A stretch of 64,000 nucleotides of DNA from Camelus dromedarius (Eukaryota). Of the stretch, positions 12,393 through 25,810 are shown in pieces; position 1 is the stretch's first letter; each line of letters starts with the position of its first letter. Location: NCBI RefSeq assembly GCF_036321535.1, contig NC_087436.1, positions 84,508,001 to 84,572,000 on the forward strand. The letters run 5' to 3'. The notes beneath the pieces are model-generated. The model was not told the DNA's origin. It worked only from the letters and a program-made list of their open reading frames with translations, and made no database searches. The translations under genes and the position numbers were made by a program.

Positions 12393-13639
12393 CCTGCTCT
12401 TACTCTGGTGACAACACCATGCGGAAAGTTTTACTTTCATTATCTCATCACCAAAACTTGCTGCGAATAAAACTCAGGGGGTAAATAACCTTATTTAAAG
12501 TCACCCACGTACAAGTGGCCGTGGGAGAAACTGAATTCAGATCTACTGAATACAGTCTCATGCCAGGCAGCTGCCGTGTTTCAGAGTGGTGGAAGGGCTC
12601 CAGTATTCCTTCCCATGAGTGAGATGGAGTTTGGGCGGATCAGTGGGAGAGGAAGACAGGATGCTAGTGCCCCGTGGGCTGCAATATGGGAGCGCTGGAG
12701 ATGCTAAATAGCTGGAATGATGGGTAAGCCTTCACTGTGCAGCAGCAACCCACTTGATGAAGTATGAGGCTTTGTTTTAGGATATGAATGTGAATGTGAA
12801 AGGAAATGAGACATGTCACGATCTCCCTGTCCTCAGAGACTTTGTGACCTATGCTACAAAATGAACTTCCAAGTTCACCTAAAGATGCTATGAGATAAAC
12901 TTTTCATTCAAAGTAATGGAATCAGACCTTTTAATACCCCGTCTAAACTTTTTTCTAAGATCCCTAGGCTATGATTCAGATGAAAGAAGAGGTAACGTGT
13001 CATTTTCTAGAAAGCGTTTTTATAAATGGTTTATATACACACACAGGCTCTCAGCTGTTCTTACAGACACACACATGCACAAGTCCATGTCAGATGCTTA
13101 ACAAGCATTGACTAATGTCTCACAGTTGCATGTACACGATACACCAGCACTAGGCCAAGCTCTCTTATAGTTTCTAAGTCAATCTTTTGACTGAATCATG
13201 AAGTTTAACTCCTGTTCTCATTCTTTTTCCAGGAAGGCTAAGAACGGACACTCTCCTGCTCACTGCGTTGCCCCAGATGTTCCTTGTTGCCAGCCAGGAT
13301 TTGATGTCCCCACTTCTAGATGGTCATATTGAAAAATAGAGAAAATGAAGAGTAGGAATAGTGGTAGTAATAATTGTAATAATAGTGGTAGTCACAGTGG
13401 AAGTACTAAAACTGGCTAAATTTTACTGAGCACTTGCTATGTCCCCTGCATATGTGCTAGCTTCTTTAATACACACCAGAATCCTTTTGATAGATAATAT
13501 TTAAACCTTATGTGGTAGGCACTCTCATTAAACCTATTTATAGATGAGGAAACTAAGGCTTGAAGATGGTGAGTCACCTGCCATAAATTAAGTGACTGTG
13601 TACGTGTGAATCCGTTTCTGGCCTGTGTTCCATGGGTCT

Positions 13640-15930
13640 GTCTGTTTTCACAGCAATAATCCCGCACTGTCTTAGTTACCATCGATTTTTAATGAGTCTT
13701 GATATATAGCAGTTTATATTCCCCAGCTTTTTTTTTTTTTTCCCAGATGGCTATTCTTGTCTCTGCATTTCTACATAAACTTACACACACACATTCTCTA
13801 ACACACTCCTAGGACTACTTCTGTGATGGCATTAGATCCATATATAAATTTTGGGATAACTGACATCTTTACAAGTCAATTTTTTAATCCATGAACATTG
13901 GATATCCCTTCGTTTACTTAGATCCTCTTTACTTTCTCTCAATATTGTTCTGTAGTTTTCTGTGTAGAAATCTTACACATATTTGATGTTTCTGAATCTA
14001 CTATAAACGGTATAAGTTAAAATTTTTATTTTTTAATTGTTTTTTGGTAGAATATTAAAATGTCACTTGGTTTTTTATTATTGATCTTATAACTAGGCTA
14101 AATTTATTAATTAATCATAATATGATTGTTGTGTCTTTTGGATTTTCTGTGTATACAATCAGGTTGTCTATGGCAAAAGACAGTTTAATTTTTTCATTTT
14201 CAATGTTACTTTTCCCTCCCTCCCTCCCTCTCTCTGTTTCTGCCATACTGCATTATCTAGGATCTTCACACAAACTTACATACAAGTGGTGATGATAGAC
14301 TTTGTCATGTTTCCTAATTGAGCAGAAAAGCATTCAAGATTTTACCTTAAGTTATGACATGAGCTATAGAGTTTTTGCCAATGCACTATATTACTGCTTC
14401 TTTGAAAAGACACACAGTGTCTTATTTATAGCTGATTTTAAGATTTTTCTTTGGTTTTCTGAGTTTTACTCTATTGTGGCTAGATGTGAATTCATCTAGC
14501 TTGTGGTACATAATGTCCCTTAAACTTGTGGCTTGGTATCTTTCAACAATTTGGAAAAATTCTCAGCCATTCTTTCTTCAAATACTGCTTCTGCCCTATT
14601 TTTCCTCTACTCCCCCCGAGTCTCCAGTGTTTGAACTTTTCCACATGAGCCACATGTCTTTCATGCTCTTTTCTGTATCTGTCATTCTTTTCACCCAATA
14701 TGATTCAGTCTAGATTTTCCTACTGACCTACCTCTTTCAGCTCATTAATCTTTAGTCCAGTTTGCTGTTAAAAATTACCTACTGAGTTCCTACTATCAGT
14801 AGCATTTTTCAGATTTAGAATTTCCATTAGATTCTTTTCATTTCTACTTTTTTTTTGGGGGGGTGTAATTAGGTTCATTTATTTATTCATTTTTTAAATG
14901 GAGGCACTGGGGATTGAACCCAGGACCTTGTGCATGCTAAGCATGTGCTCTACCATTGAGCTACACCCTCTCCCACTCCATCTGATTTTTTTAATAGATT
15001 CCAGTTCTCTAGTGAAATTCTCCATCTTGTCAACTATTTTGTTGAATATATGAATCACAATTTTAAAAGGCTCTGTCTGAAACTGCAATATCTTAGTCCT
15101 CATAGGGTCTATTATCATGTTTTCTCCATAGTCTGTTTCTTAACTGCCTGGTAATTTTTTTTTTAATTGAATTCTACACATAATGCCTGAAAAATTGTAG
15201 AGGGTAGGTTTTCTCCTTCTAGAGAGGATCTGCTGGCTTCTCTCACAGGCAGCAAAGGAGCAGTTCACCTCAATCCCATGAGGGACCAAGCTAATCATGG
15301 CTGGTCAGCAATCTTTGTAAGGTTCAGACTACCTCTGCTTTGTCCCACTTCTAGGGGACAGGCCTCCTGGAGTCTCAACTAAGAACCAGGTTACTTCCTA
15401 AGCCCCTTCTCCTTGGTGGGTCTCATTCTCCAATTTCTGTCTCTCCATCACCACAGGCTGCCAAAAACTCTGCCTTGATTTTTCAGCCGCTATCCTTGTG
15501 CAGCTTTATCAACAGGTGCCTTAAAATGAAAACTGCTGCCCAGATTTAGGTTCATTCTTCTGAGCTTTTCTTCTCCTGGGGAATTTAGTCCCTCAAGTCC
15601 TGGCTGTCTCGGACTCTAATCTTTGTGTTCCCAGCCCCCTGAGATTGCCTACAGCTCTGCTGCCTTCTCCTCCTCTTGGCAGCCACCCTGCACCTTTTTG
15701 ATCCCTTGACCTGCACCCAGGAGAAAACTAATGCCCACAGGAGAGAAGCAATATGCAGGAAGCTGGGCTCAACTCCATGGGGCTTCCCTTTTCTCCAAGG
15801 TTTCACTGCTTCAGTCTGGTGCCTTAGCAGCAACCTGACACCTTCAGACAAATGTCTTTGTTTTACCATTCTATATGTATTTCTAGTTGTTCTTGGTGGG
15901 AGCCGTGGTTTGCTTCATCACAGCCAGAAG
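13640..15930 (-). mobile_element. Old, fragmented L1 (L1M class), interrupted by a SINE
   Basis: T-rich antisense L1 phrases (atccatgaacattggatat, tttggaaaaattctcagccatt, ORF1-like KMENFTRELESIKK); boundaries approximate. Confidence 0.7.
14848..14974 (-). mobile_element. tRNA-Ala-derived SINE (Vic-1 type) nested in an old L1
   Basis: Reverse complement has A-box tagctcaatgg, B-box ggttcaatccc and the tail ataaataaatgaacctaattacaccccc. Confidence 0.88.
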
Positions 15931-18324
15931 TGAAAGTAACTAAATAACTTTTTGATATTTATTAAGTTTCTACCCATGTCAGAAACTACTTATTGATATG
16001 GCCGTTGCTCTTAAGAGGATTACTTTTCAAAGTGATGAAAAATATTTGTACCTTTTTCTTCTTATATTGGGCTTCGTCCCACTTTAAAGCTCTGAGAAGA
16101 AACACTGGAGGAGAATGGTCATTGTTTATTAGTTTCATGAATGAACACTCTTTGAAATAATTGTTTCTGTAATGCAAGTTAACATTACATGCTTGGTAAT
16201 TTGCGTAACTTTAAATCTTTGGTGATCATGGTTACCAACTTCGGCTCCAAACAACTCTGCCATATAGATGATTTCCTTTTCTCTGAAGAGGAAGCTGAGA
16301 CAAAGAGGGGGTAAGAACATTGCCCAGCATTGCTCTGAGATTGCCTACAGCTCAGCTGCCTTCTCCTCCTCTTGGCAGCCGCCCTGAGCCTTTTTGATCC
16401 CTTGACCTGCACCCAACGTTCCAGATTTTAAGTCAGGGCTGGAATGGAAACTGAATAGCCCACCTGTGGAGATCTCAGCTTGAAACTATGTTCTAAGGAA
16501 CAAAGAGCTTGGTGGGACCATTGTCCTTAACCAGCTGGGAACTACGAATTACAAGATTGGGAGGTGAAGGGGCAATTTACCACAAACTGCACCTTAGCAG
16601 AGTTCATCTGGACTTTTTTATTCTTGACATTTAAAGACCTTTTACAACTGGCTGTGAAACAGGCCAATCCCCGTCCGCCTTCTGTTCATTAGGAATGAGC
16701 CAAGAGGGGAGGGGCCACTGAGCCTCAATGATCCAACGCTCCCCCTGGAATATCTGCTCACGGAAGACACAGGACTAGCTATGGGGGAACTTTCTCTTGT
16801 GATGCTTGGCTGTGAGATGAATAGAAGACCTCTAAAATCCCCCAGATTTTTAACTGAAGGATCGTCAATACAGTCACTTGCAGTCATTTTAATTTAAACA
16901 AGATCTGAAGTTAAAAACAAAGCACATGTAGGAAAAAGCAAACTCTGGAAGGAATGAAGAGAGGCCCATTTGGGAAATTTAGGAGAACACTGGGCTCTGA
17001 GCTTAGAGAAGACCCACAGAGCCATGACTTATAGATGTCAGAAAAATGGTCCGTTTGGACTTGGACGTCCAAAGAGCAGAAATGACTGGGGTCTTATGGA
17101 CAGACAGAGGCACAGCTGACATGTCGTAAGTCTCATTTCCATATTTCTGTCCTGGCTTTGTTGTTGTTGTTGTCACTGGTAATATAGTTACTGGCAGAGA
17201 GGTTTGGATTCCAAACATCTAATCAGAGGCATTGAGTCAGCCCATGGAAACCAGCTTTTCGTCCTCTCAACTCTTCACTGACTCCTCCGGTTATCCTTCT
17301 AAAGGCAGAGAGGGTAGGAGAGCCTGAGTCTACTACCTTCTGGGCTGTAACAATCACTTTTAATAGCTGTCTATCTAATTCCACTATGACCCTCTCTTCT
17401 ACCCACGGGTCTCCGGCTACACAATGGACCCTGCTACCTGGCTATTCCCACTGTCTCTGCAAACTCAACACGGACAACATCAAACTCATCAGGTGTTTCC
17501 CACAAAACCACAATCTTTCGTATTTCTTTGCTCCTCTCATCCCTCACGCTATGTGCTATAATATTTTGTAAGTGAGGTCAGCTCCAGGTTAGAGGAAAGG
17601 AAGAGGGCAAAAGTCTTTAATGAGTAACAGCAACCGTCCTTTCACATGCAGATATCCTTCAAAATTAACACAGAAATCAAATCTGTGCAAATCCTGGACC
17701 TGGAATCCTGAGCTCCTGGACCCATTTTAAGCCTGCACTCGGTTCTTCCTGACACACTCCTCCACGACGGCGCCTGGAGGCCCAGAGAGCTGCTCACCAC
17801 ACCTCAAACGGGTCTGGGAAGGAAGCCAGCAGTAAAAGAGCTAGGCACTAACCCAGGGCAGCGTCAGCTCCGACAGATGGCAGTCCTCACACAGCCAGCA
17901 GTCACTGCTGACTCTGATCACGGAGGCCACAACTAGAATCCTTTCAGACAAAGAAGGTGAGGCCCCAGGGAGGTGAAGAGAAAGACCGGATCAAGACAGA
18001 ACTGCAGCCAGGGGACAGTGACAGTAAGACACTCATTGGCCCTTCAACTGCCCTCGGCGGATCCTCTGCTTATTTCGGTATTATCATTGACATCTGCAAA
18101 TCGTCTCCAACCAGAGTCCTCTTCAACTCCACTTCCCTGCAAACCCTACCATAATCTTCAAGCAGTTAATCTGCCAGCTCAGAAACCTCCAGTGGTTCCT
18201 TTTTGCCAAAATCCTCCCAGATGAAGCTACAGTGATGGCTTGGCATTTGAGGCTCTTCACGTTGGCATTTAAGGACCCTAAACCACCCTGGCTCCATGAA
18301 ATGGAGTCATGTAGTGGAGGGATT

Positions 18325-18555
18325 TAGTGCTCCGACTCAAGCCAGTGCGCCTGCCTCTGAAACCTGCTTCCACTACTTACCAGCTGTGTGGCCTCAGGCG
18401 TCACTAAACCTCCATGTGCCTCAGTTTCCTTATCTGTAGATGAGGATGAGAACAGGACCTACCTCACGGAGCTTCTGATAGGATTAGATGAGTTACCGTA
18501 TGCAAAAAACTTAAAATGATGTAAGTGCTTACATAAGTGTTAGCCATTATCATCA
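18325..18555 (+). mobile_element. MIR SINE (one of many, e.g. about 5040-5190, 13420-13660, 30380-30520, 45340-45560, 45620-45840)
   Basis: MIR core acttaccagctgtgtggcctcagg...tgtgcctcagtttccttatctgta. Confidence 0.75.
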
Positions 18556-19593
18556 AATGCTACCCTACTTCAAACACCCTGCAAGGTCAACCCAACCACT
18601 CAGTTCCCCACATCTCCTCTCTGGGCTCTTCGCTGCACAGGCTCTTCCTCTCCATGGACTGACTGCCCAAGGCCAATTTCTCAGTTCAGCTCCTATTCAT
18701 CCTTCAAGGTCCAGCTCACATCTTCTCACCCCCACACAGCCTTTCCTGCTTCCTTGGAAGAAGTGGGTCTTTTTTCCCGTTTGAAAGCCCTATGCATGTA
18801 TCTCGTTACTTACATGTTTATGTTATGGTTATTATAATCATGCCTTAAATGAGAGGGAACGTAGAAGTCCTTTGCATAATATGAAGTGCTACACAGACAT
18901 GATTCCGGTAATGATAATGGTCTCACCTTGCCTCCACCACAGTACTGGGAACTGCATGAGGGCAGCGGTCACATCTAGGATCTTTGTTTCTCCCACAGGG
19001 CTTTACAAAATAAAGTTTGTGAGTGAATTTTCTCAGTGGATGAGTAAAGGATTAATGCTGTAGGGTAGTTCGTTTATCAGATGAGTTTCCCATAAAGAAG
19101 TTACTGAGGGAGAGGAAAGCACACTGCAGATGCAAACATACTGATGGGAGGAGGGGAGTATTTTCAGATGGTGGGTATTTCTCAGGGAGGGCAGGCCTAC
19201 ATAGGAGGCCATGGTGGAAAGTTCTGAGAAGCCAAAGGGTGAGCAAGTCAGGATGTTCAGCACCTTTAAAGTCACGTCTAGGCCTCCTTTTCAACTCAAA
19301 ACAGGGAACTGCGCCAGGTTTTGTTTCCCACCTGCGATTTCATACCTTCTCTCTCATCAAGTTTTCCAGGTTTCACTCCATGTCAATTATAGTTCTTAGC
19401 TGCAAGCAACAGGCACTAACTTTGTCTCACTCAACCGAAAGAACATCTCCTGGGAGAAGAGTGAAGGTGTAACCAAGCAGGACCATCCGCGGCCTTCCTG
19501 GCACAGACCCTTCCCCCCATGTCCTCTTCCTGCCTCCAGAAAAGCTGGAGTCTCCCAGGCCTCCCCTGAGTCACAAAAGCCTGGCTCAAGAAT

Positions 19594-20121
19594 TGTTGAA
19601 AGGGTGTGAATACGTAGTGACAAAAATAGTTGGGCCAGGAGAACTGTAAGAATTTAAACAGTCAGTCAGCCATATGCAGTCACAGAATCTTTGGTTCCTC
19701 CCTGAAGTACCCAGATAACAGTATCTAGTGCACATTTCCTGAGTTGTTTTACAGATGCTAAACCCCCACCAAATGGAAGACATTAACTACTTGATGGCCA
19801 TGAGCATGCAGCCCCCAGACCTACTGGAGCCTGAAGATAGATATTGTTAACCCCTGTGACACCGCTCTGTTACCTCACCATCAACCAATCAGAGAATTGT
19901 GCATGAGCTGATCACACACCCTGCAACTCTCCTCCCTCACCTTGCCTTTAAAAATGCTTCCCTGAAATCCATCGGGGAGTTTGGGTCTTCAGAGCATGAG
20001 CCACACCGTTCTCCTTGCTTGGCCCTGCCCTGCAATAAACCTTTCCCTGCTCCAAATTCAAGACATTTGGGTTTGTTTGGCCTCACTGTGCACTGGGCAC
20101 ACGAACTTGGGTTCGACAACA
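19594..20121 (+). mobile_element. ERV1-class solo LTR
   Basis: Starts tgttgaa and ends ttcgacaaca (TG...CA); TATA-like tttaaaa and aataaa at about 20034; about 530 bp. No clean TSD seen. Confidence 0.7.
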
Positions 20122-20379
20122 AGGGTTCGAAGAACAACAAAAGCTAGTGTCAAGGCTCGCAGAAAGACAGGCGTAGAGAGCTCTGCTGCTCTAGGCATCA
20201 GGAACTGCAGCAGCTGTCACGCTGTGGGAAAAGGCCAGTTACAGGCTGCTCCTGTCATGCGTCCTTACCTCCTGGACCCACCTGCCAAGTCAAAGCCCTA
20301 GGAGACAAAGACTGATGGGCCCAGCTCATGCCAGGCTGCAGTGGGAGGGCAAGTAGAAGATCTGGCCCTTTAGCACAGT

Positions 20380-20642
20380 ACACAAACTTATGGTTACCCG
20401 GGGAAAGGGAGTGGGACGGGACAAACCAGGAGTTGGAGGTTCACAAATATTAACTACTATATATAAAATAGACAGGAAACCAAATTTCTTCTGTATAGCA
20501 CAGGGAACTATATTCAGTATTCTGTAATAATCTATAATGAAAAAGAATACGAAAATGAACATCTGTATGTATACGCATGACTGAAACATTATGCTGTAAA
20601 CCAGAAATCGACACATTGTAACTGACTATACTTCAATTAAAA
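20380..20642 (+). mobile_element. Young 5'-truncated L1 3' end (camelid/cetartiodactyl type)
   Basis: acaaacttatggttacc...tgtatagcacagggaactatattca...gactatacttcaattaaaa; degenerate TSD aagatctggccctt / aagacctggtcctt. Confidence 0.85.
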
Positions 20643-21254
20643 GAACAAGACCTGGTCCTTTTGGCGTCTGTGATAGGAAGCAGACACTAGGTCCTGTCAG
20701 AAGTGCAAAGAGGGAGGTAAAGTTGATTCCCTGGAAGGAAATGTGGGTGCTCCTGAGAAGAGGAACTAGATGCTAGCCCCTAAATTACCAAAACAGCCAC
20801 TGCACTATGCTTTTGGATTTCCTTTTAATTCTCCTTTCCCACTGAGCCCATCTGGATGGACAGCTCATTTGAAGACTCTCTGGTGTTGATTCTACTTCTC
20901 CTCCAAGAGGCTGCCTTTCTTTCTTGGTGGCACGTGCTGCTGCCTGAGAGCGAAGGGTGCCATGCCCCATGCTACTAGGATGTCCAAGCCCAGGTCCAGT
21001 GCCCTGTGCCCATGGTTTTCTGCAGAAGATTGGATAGAGGGTGCACGATGGGCCTACGGCCTAGTGCTTAGGCACTAGGAGGTGACAGCAGAGAGAGAAG
21101 GTGAGCAGGAAAGCAAAGCAAACTAAGTTAGCCCTGTAGTCTTGCTATTCCACCCCTCTCCCACTGTGCACTCAGTGCTAAGGAGAGTAGGGAGGAGTCA
21201 AATAGAGCCATCTCCATTTTCAGTTCTGTTGTCTGGAACTACTGTTTGCAGTGG

Positions 21255-21652
21255 GGTCTTGTGTGAAAGGAACAATGAAAAGGGAGGAAGAGTTTGCTGG
21301 GGGAGATGTTTCTGGGAATGGGAATTCTCCCCATTCATAAAACATGACACAAGACAAGGATCATCCCCCTTCTGTCCCTGGCCTTTGTCATCTGCATGTG
21401 ACACCTGGAACTGTGGCAGCCATCTTGGGGCTATGAGAAAAGAAGCCTGAGGACAAGAGCTTACTCCCTGAAAATGCCAGAGAGAAAAAGGAATCAGACT
21501 GGATCTTGATGCTGCTGCTGGGTTGCTTCATTAATGGACTTTGGAACTTGGAAAGTCTTCCAGACTATCAGGAATCAGATAATATATTTCATTACTGTTG
21601 AAGATTAGACTAGTTGGTTTTCTGTTACAGCCGAAATCACCCTACCTGATAC
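21255..21652 (+). mobile_element. MaLR MLT1-type LTR
   Basis: ctggaactgtggcagccatcttg and the terminus ttttctgttacagccgaaatcaccctacctgataca. Confidence 0.65.
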
Positions 21653-21877
21653 AGCCTTCTAGCCACTACTATAAACTCTGGGCACATCTAAGACCCACTG
21701 ACATCATCTAACCTTGGAGTAGGAGCCTACAAAGGGGAAGTTCCCCCCCCCCCCCAAAAAGGAGAAGGTTCTCTGCAGCTGCACAGTTAACACACGTCTC
21801 AGGCCAGCCCTCCTACTCCTTCTTCTTTGTCTTTTCTGGACAAGCACCATGTAATTTGGGACCATAGATATTGGGTA

Positions 21878-21960
21878 ATTACCATGGCAATGATTAGGGA
21901 TTCACTTCACGAATAAGGAAATATAATTATAGTCCAATTGCAGCTCGTTTCCATGACAAC
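21878..21960. promoter_or_regulatory. Pair of RFX X-box-like motifs
   Basis: attaccatggcaat (21878-21891) and gtttccatgacaac (21947-21960) versus consensus GTTNCCATGGNAAC. Confidence 0.45.
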
Positions 21961-22614
21961 AGGGGCAATTGTAATTGATCAGCAGTTTTCCTCCTAAACA
22001 GATCTGTGAGTCTCATTCAAATGAAATGCTAAAGAGCAATTAACTATCCTCATCAAACAAACTAGAGTTGCTGGAAGAGACTGAAGTCAGACTATATTTT
22101 GTGTAGCATCTTGGAGGTTCATCCCACACTCTGGTTGTCTATGAAAATATATGGTCCTCAATGGGCTACAGAGTACCAAATTACCTAATAATTACGACAG
22201 AAACAGGATACGTCATAAAAAATTCAAGGGGAATTTGGAATCAATTTAGTTTTGGTCTATGCTCTGGAAATAGAAAACTAGTTATCTCAGTCATCTCTCT
22301 CCTCTTCATCTCAGTAATAATATTACCCTGGGTTTGTAAAGTGCTTTTTTGTAGCAGATAGTGTAATCTTATGCGCATTTTTTTGTCCTCGTAATAATCC
22401 TGGAAGATACCAGATCCATGGATAGATAAAGAGGCTGGCTTGGTTAAGGTCACACAGCTCTTGAGTGAAAGCACCTGGATTCACAAGAGGACTCCTGGCC
22501 TCTGATCTGTTCCTCTCCCACATCTTCTGTCTCCAATAATGACCCTAACTGATTCATCAGCCTTCTTCCCCCAGATTTACTCAGCCCAGCTCAATTAATT
22601 CTCTTGCTTAGTTT

Positions 22615-22786
22615 CTTTTTTTTTTTTTTTGAAGTATAGCCAATTTACAATGTTGTGTTAATTTCCGCTGTACAGCAGAGTGATTCCTTTTCCTTATACA
22701 CTCCTTTTCATATTCTTTTTCATTATAAGCTATTACAAAGTATGGAGTATAGTTTCCTGTGCTGTAAAGTAGGATCTTGTTGTTTA
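22615..22786 (-). mobile_element. Young 5'-truncated L1 3' end
   Basis: Poly(T) followed by gaagtatag...tagtttcctgtgctgta; TSD tctc(t/c)tgcttagtt. Confidence 0.85.
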
Positions 22787-23979
22787 TCTCCTGCTTAGTT
22801 CTAATTTTCATGCATTTAATGCTTTTAGTACCTCTTCTCTACTCCCTTTTCAATTTCAGCACATCCTAGGTTTCTATGGTTGCAGTATAAATGATCAAGT
22901 AATATAAGTCTTTTCTGATTTCATCCTCTGAAAAGCAGCAAGGCCAGGGGACCTAAGGCACACTCGGTAATGAGGGAGCCGAGCTTCACTGTCGTTTCAT
23001 TGGTGACATGCTGTCTCACTACACCAACCATGTGATTTTCCTTTTCCAGCAGGTCAGAGGGAGAGATACTCTTTACCACAGGGGGGAAACTGAAGGATGA
23101 ATTAGACAAACGTTGACTGGTACAGTAGGAAGAGTCAGTATGATAAGAAGGGCAGGATTCATGTAGTCATTCATTGAATCAATCATTATAATGCCTGCTA
23201 TGTGCCAGGCACTGTGCTAGAGGCTGGAAATACAATGAAAGACAAGCCATGCAGGCGTACTCATATGGAAAAGTAAAGGAAGTTGTGAGAACAATGGCAG
23301 AGAGTCCTGACCTAGGCTTAGGGGACAAAGTTTGTTCCCCTGAGGAAGGTGAGTTTGTGCAGAAAACTGAAGGATGTAGAGGAATGAACTCGGTGAAGGA
23401 GGTGGAGGTAGGGGGTGGGGCTGTTCCAGACAAAAGGATGATCATGTGCAAAATCAGCTGGCTTGAATTCTGGTCTTATCTCTAACACGAATAGCACTTG
23501 TAAAGTGAAGGTACTGGATCAGGACTAAAAATTACCTTAAACCTTTAATATGTTCGTGGGAGAGGGGTCAAGGAGAGATACTAATGAATAAGGGTATCAT
23601 ATAAGAGGAGCAGAATTTCCATTAGTTTTTGGACAAGGGAGGCAGGGGTCATGGGGTCAACGAGAGGCAAACATTTTAGGTAGCTAGTCCCAAACATGCC
23701 CTGAATCTGTCCCCACATCTCTCCTCTCTCCTGTCAAGATGACCATGTACCCCAATGCAGGGTACAAAACCCTTTAGCAAACGGGAGAAGCTTATCTGTC
23801 CAAGCTAGCCTGCTATACTCTGCAATTATGCCCTACTTCAAAATTATCCCTTTCTGTTCTGTCCCAAATTTCTACCACCTGTTTTAGGGTTTCAGAGGAG
23901 GCAAATAAGCCCCTTCTCTCCCCTGCCAACATGAACTTACCACCTCAGCTAGGTATGACCTCATCAGTGCTACATTCAT

Positions 23980-25810
23980 CCTTTTTTTTAAACATCTTTA
24001 TTGAGATGTAATTCACATATCATAAAATTCTTCCTTTTAAAGAGTATATTTCAATGTTTTTTTTGTATATTCACAAAACTGGGCAACAATCTCTACCACC
24101 TAAGTTTAGAAGATTTTTTTAATTCCCAAAGAAATCCTGTATCCATTAGCCGTCACCCACTACCCTTCTGTGCACCTGGCAATCACTAATCCTTCCATCT
24201 CTGTGGATTTGCCTATTTGGAACACTGCATATAAATGGAATCATATAATGATGATACGTTTTAACTGGCTTCCTTCACTTAACATAATGTTTTTAGATAA
24301 GTACGTTTATACTGTATAGCACAGGGAACTATATTCAATATCCTGTAGTAACCGATAGTGAAAGAGAATATGGTAACGAATATATGAATGTTCCTATGAC
24401 TGAAATATGGTGCCATACATCAGACATTGACACAACAGTGTAAACTGACTATACTTCAAGAAAAATATATTTAAAAAAATGTAATGTTTTTAAAGTTTAT
24501 CCATGTCATACCATGCATATCAGTACTACATTTTTTAAATTCCCCCCAAATATTCCATTGTATGGATATACACCACACTGTATTTATCTATTCATCTTTT
24601 GATAGACACTTGGATGGTTCCAACTTTTTGGATATTATGAACAACGCTGCTGTGAGCATTTGTGCACAAATTTTTGTGTGAATGTATGTTTTTATTTCTC
24701 TTGGGTATATACTTAGGAGTGGAGTTGCTGGGTCATATGGTAACTCTATGTTTAACATTTTGAGGAACTGGCAAACTGTTTTCAAAGGTGGCTGCACCAT
24801 TTCACATTATCAGCAACATATGAGGGCTCCAAATTCTCCACATCCTCACCAACACTTAGTATTGTCTGTTTTTTTCTATTATAGCCTTCCTAATGGGTGT
24901 GAAGACCTGTGCCACAGGGAGGGTACTCAGAGGAAAATGGAGATTACAAGGGAAGAGATCCTCCCTGGGGAGTGAGGGGTTCAAGCTACATATTGGGCAC
25001 CCCAGTCCTAGGGTCCATCCAACACAGGGAAGACGAGCCCCCCGGCTGGCTGGAGGGCAGGTGGGACTAAAAGGAGGGCTGTGGGAAGCCTGGACTCTTC
25101 TCAGGAGCAGCAAACACACTGAAATACAAAAGCCCCAATCTTGAATTCTGCAGTCTTACCCAATCTTATTTATTAGCCAAATAGTTTATTTTGTGGATTC
25201 CTTGGGATTTTCTCCATGTAAGATCATGGCATCTGCAAATAGATAGCTCTATTTCCTCCTTTCCAAAATTGGTGCCTTTTCTTTCTTTTCCTTGCCTAAC
25301 TGTCCTAACTATAACTTACGGTACAGTACTGTGTTCAACAGACATTCTTGTCTTTTTCCTGATCCCAAGGGCACTGGGATCATTCTTTCACCATTAAGTA
25401 CGATGTAAACTGCAGATTTTCATAGATGGTCTTTTATCAAGTTGGAGAAAATCCTTTCTATCTCTAGCTTTGAGTGTTTTTACTACTAAAGGTGTTTGAT
25501 TTCTTCAAATACTTTTTCTGCTTGTATTGGGATGATCATGTGGTTTTTGTCCTTTCTTTTATTAACAGAGTATGTTATACTGATTAATTTTTCCATGTTA
25601 AATGGAAAACCCTGTACTCCTGAGATAAATCCCATTTGGCCATGGTCCTTTTTCTATGTTGCTAGATTTAGTTTGCTAGTCTTTTGTTTGGGATTTTTAT
25701 GTCTTTATTCATAAAAGATATTGGTCCGTAGTTTTCTGTTTTGTGTGATGTCACTGCCTGGTTTTGGTATTAGGATAACACTGGCCTCACAGAGTGAGTT
25801 GGAAAGCTTC
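23980..25810 (-). mobile_element. Old L1 (3' UTR/ORF2 fragments) with nested insertions
   Basis: ORF 24588..24800 (NIELPYDPATPLLSIYPREIKTYIHTK) is the L1 ORF2 C-terminus; more ORF2-derived sequence at 25140-25810. Confidence 0.85.
24296..24479 (+). mobile_element. Young L1 3' end nested in an older antisense L1
   Basis: ctgtatagcacagggaactatattcaatat...gactatacttcaa; TSD taatgttttta on both sides. Confidence 0.85.
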
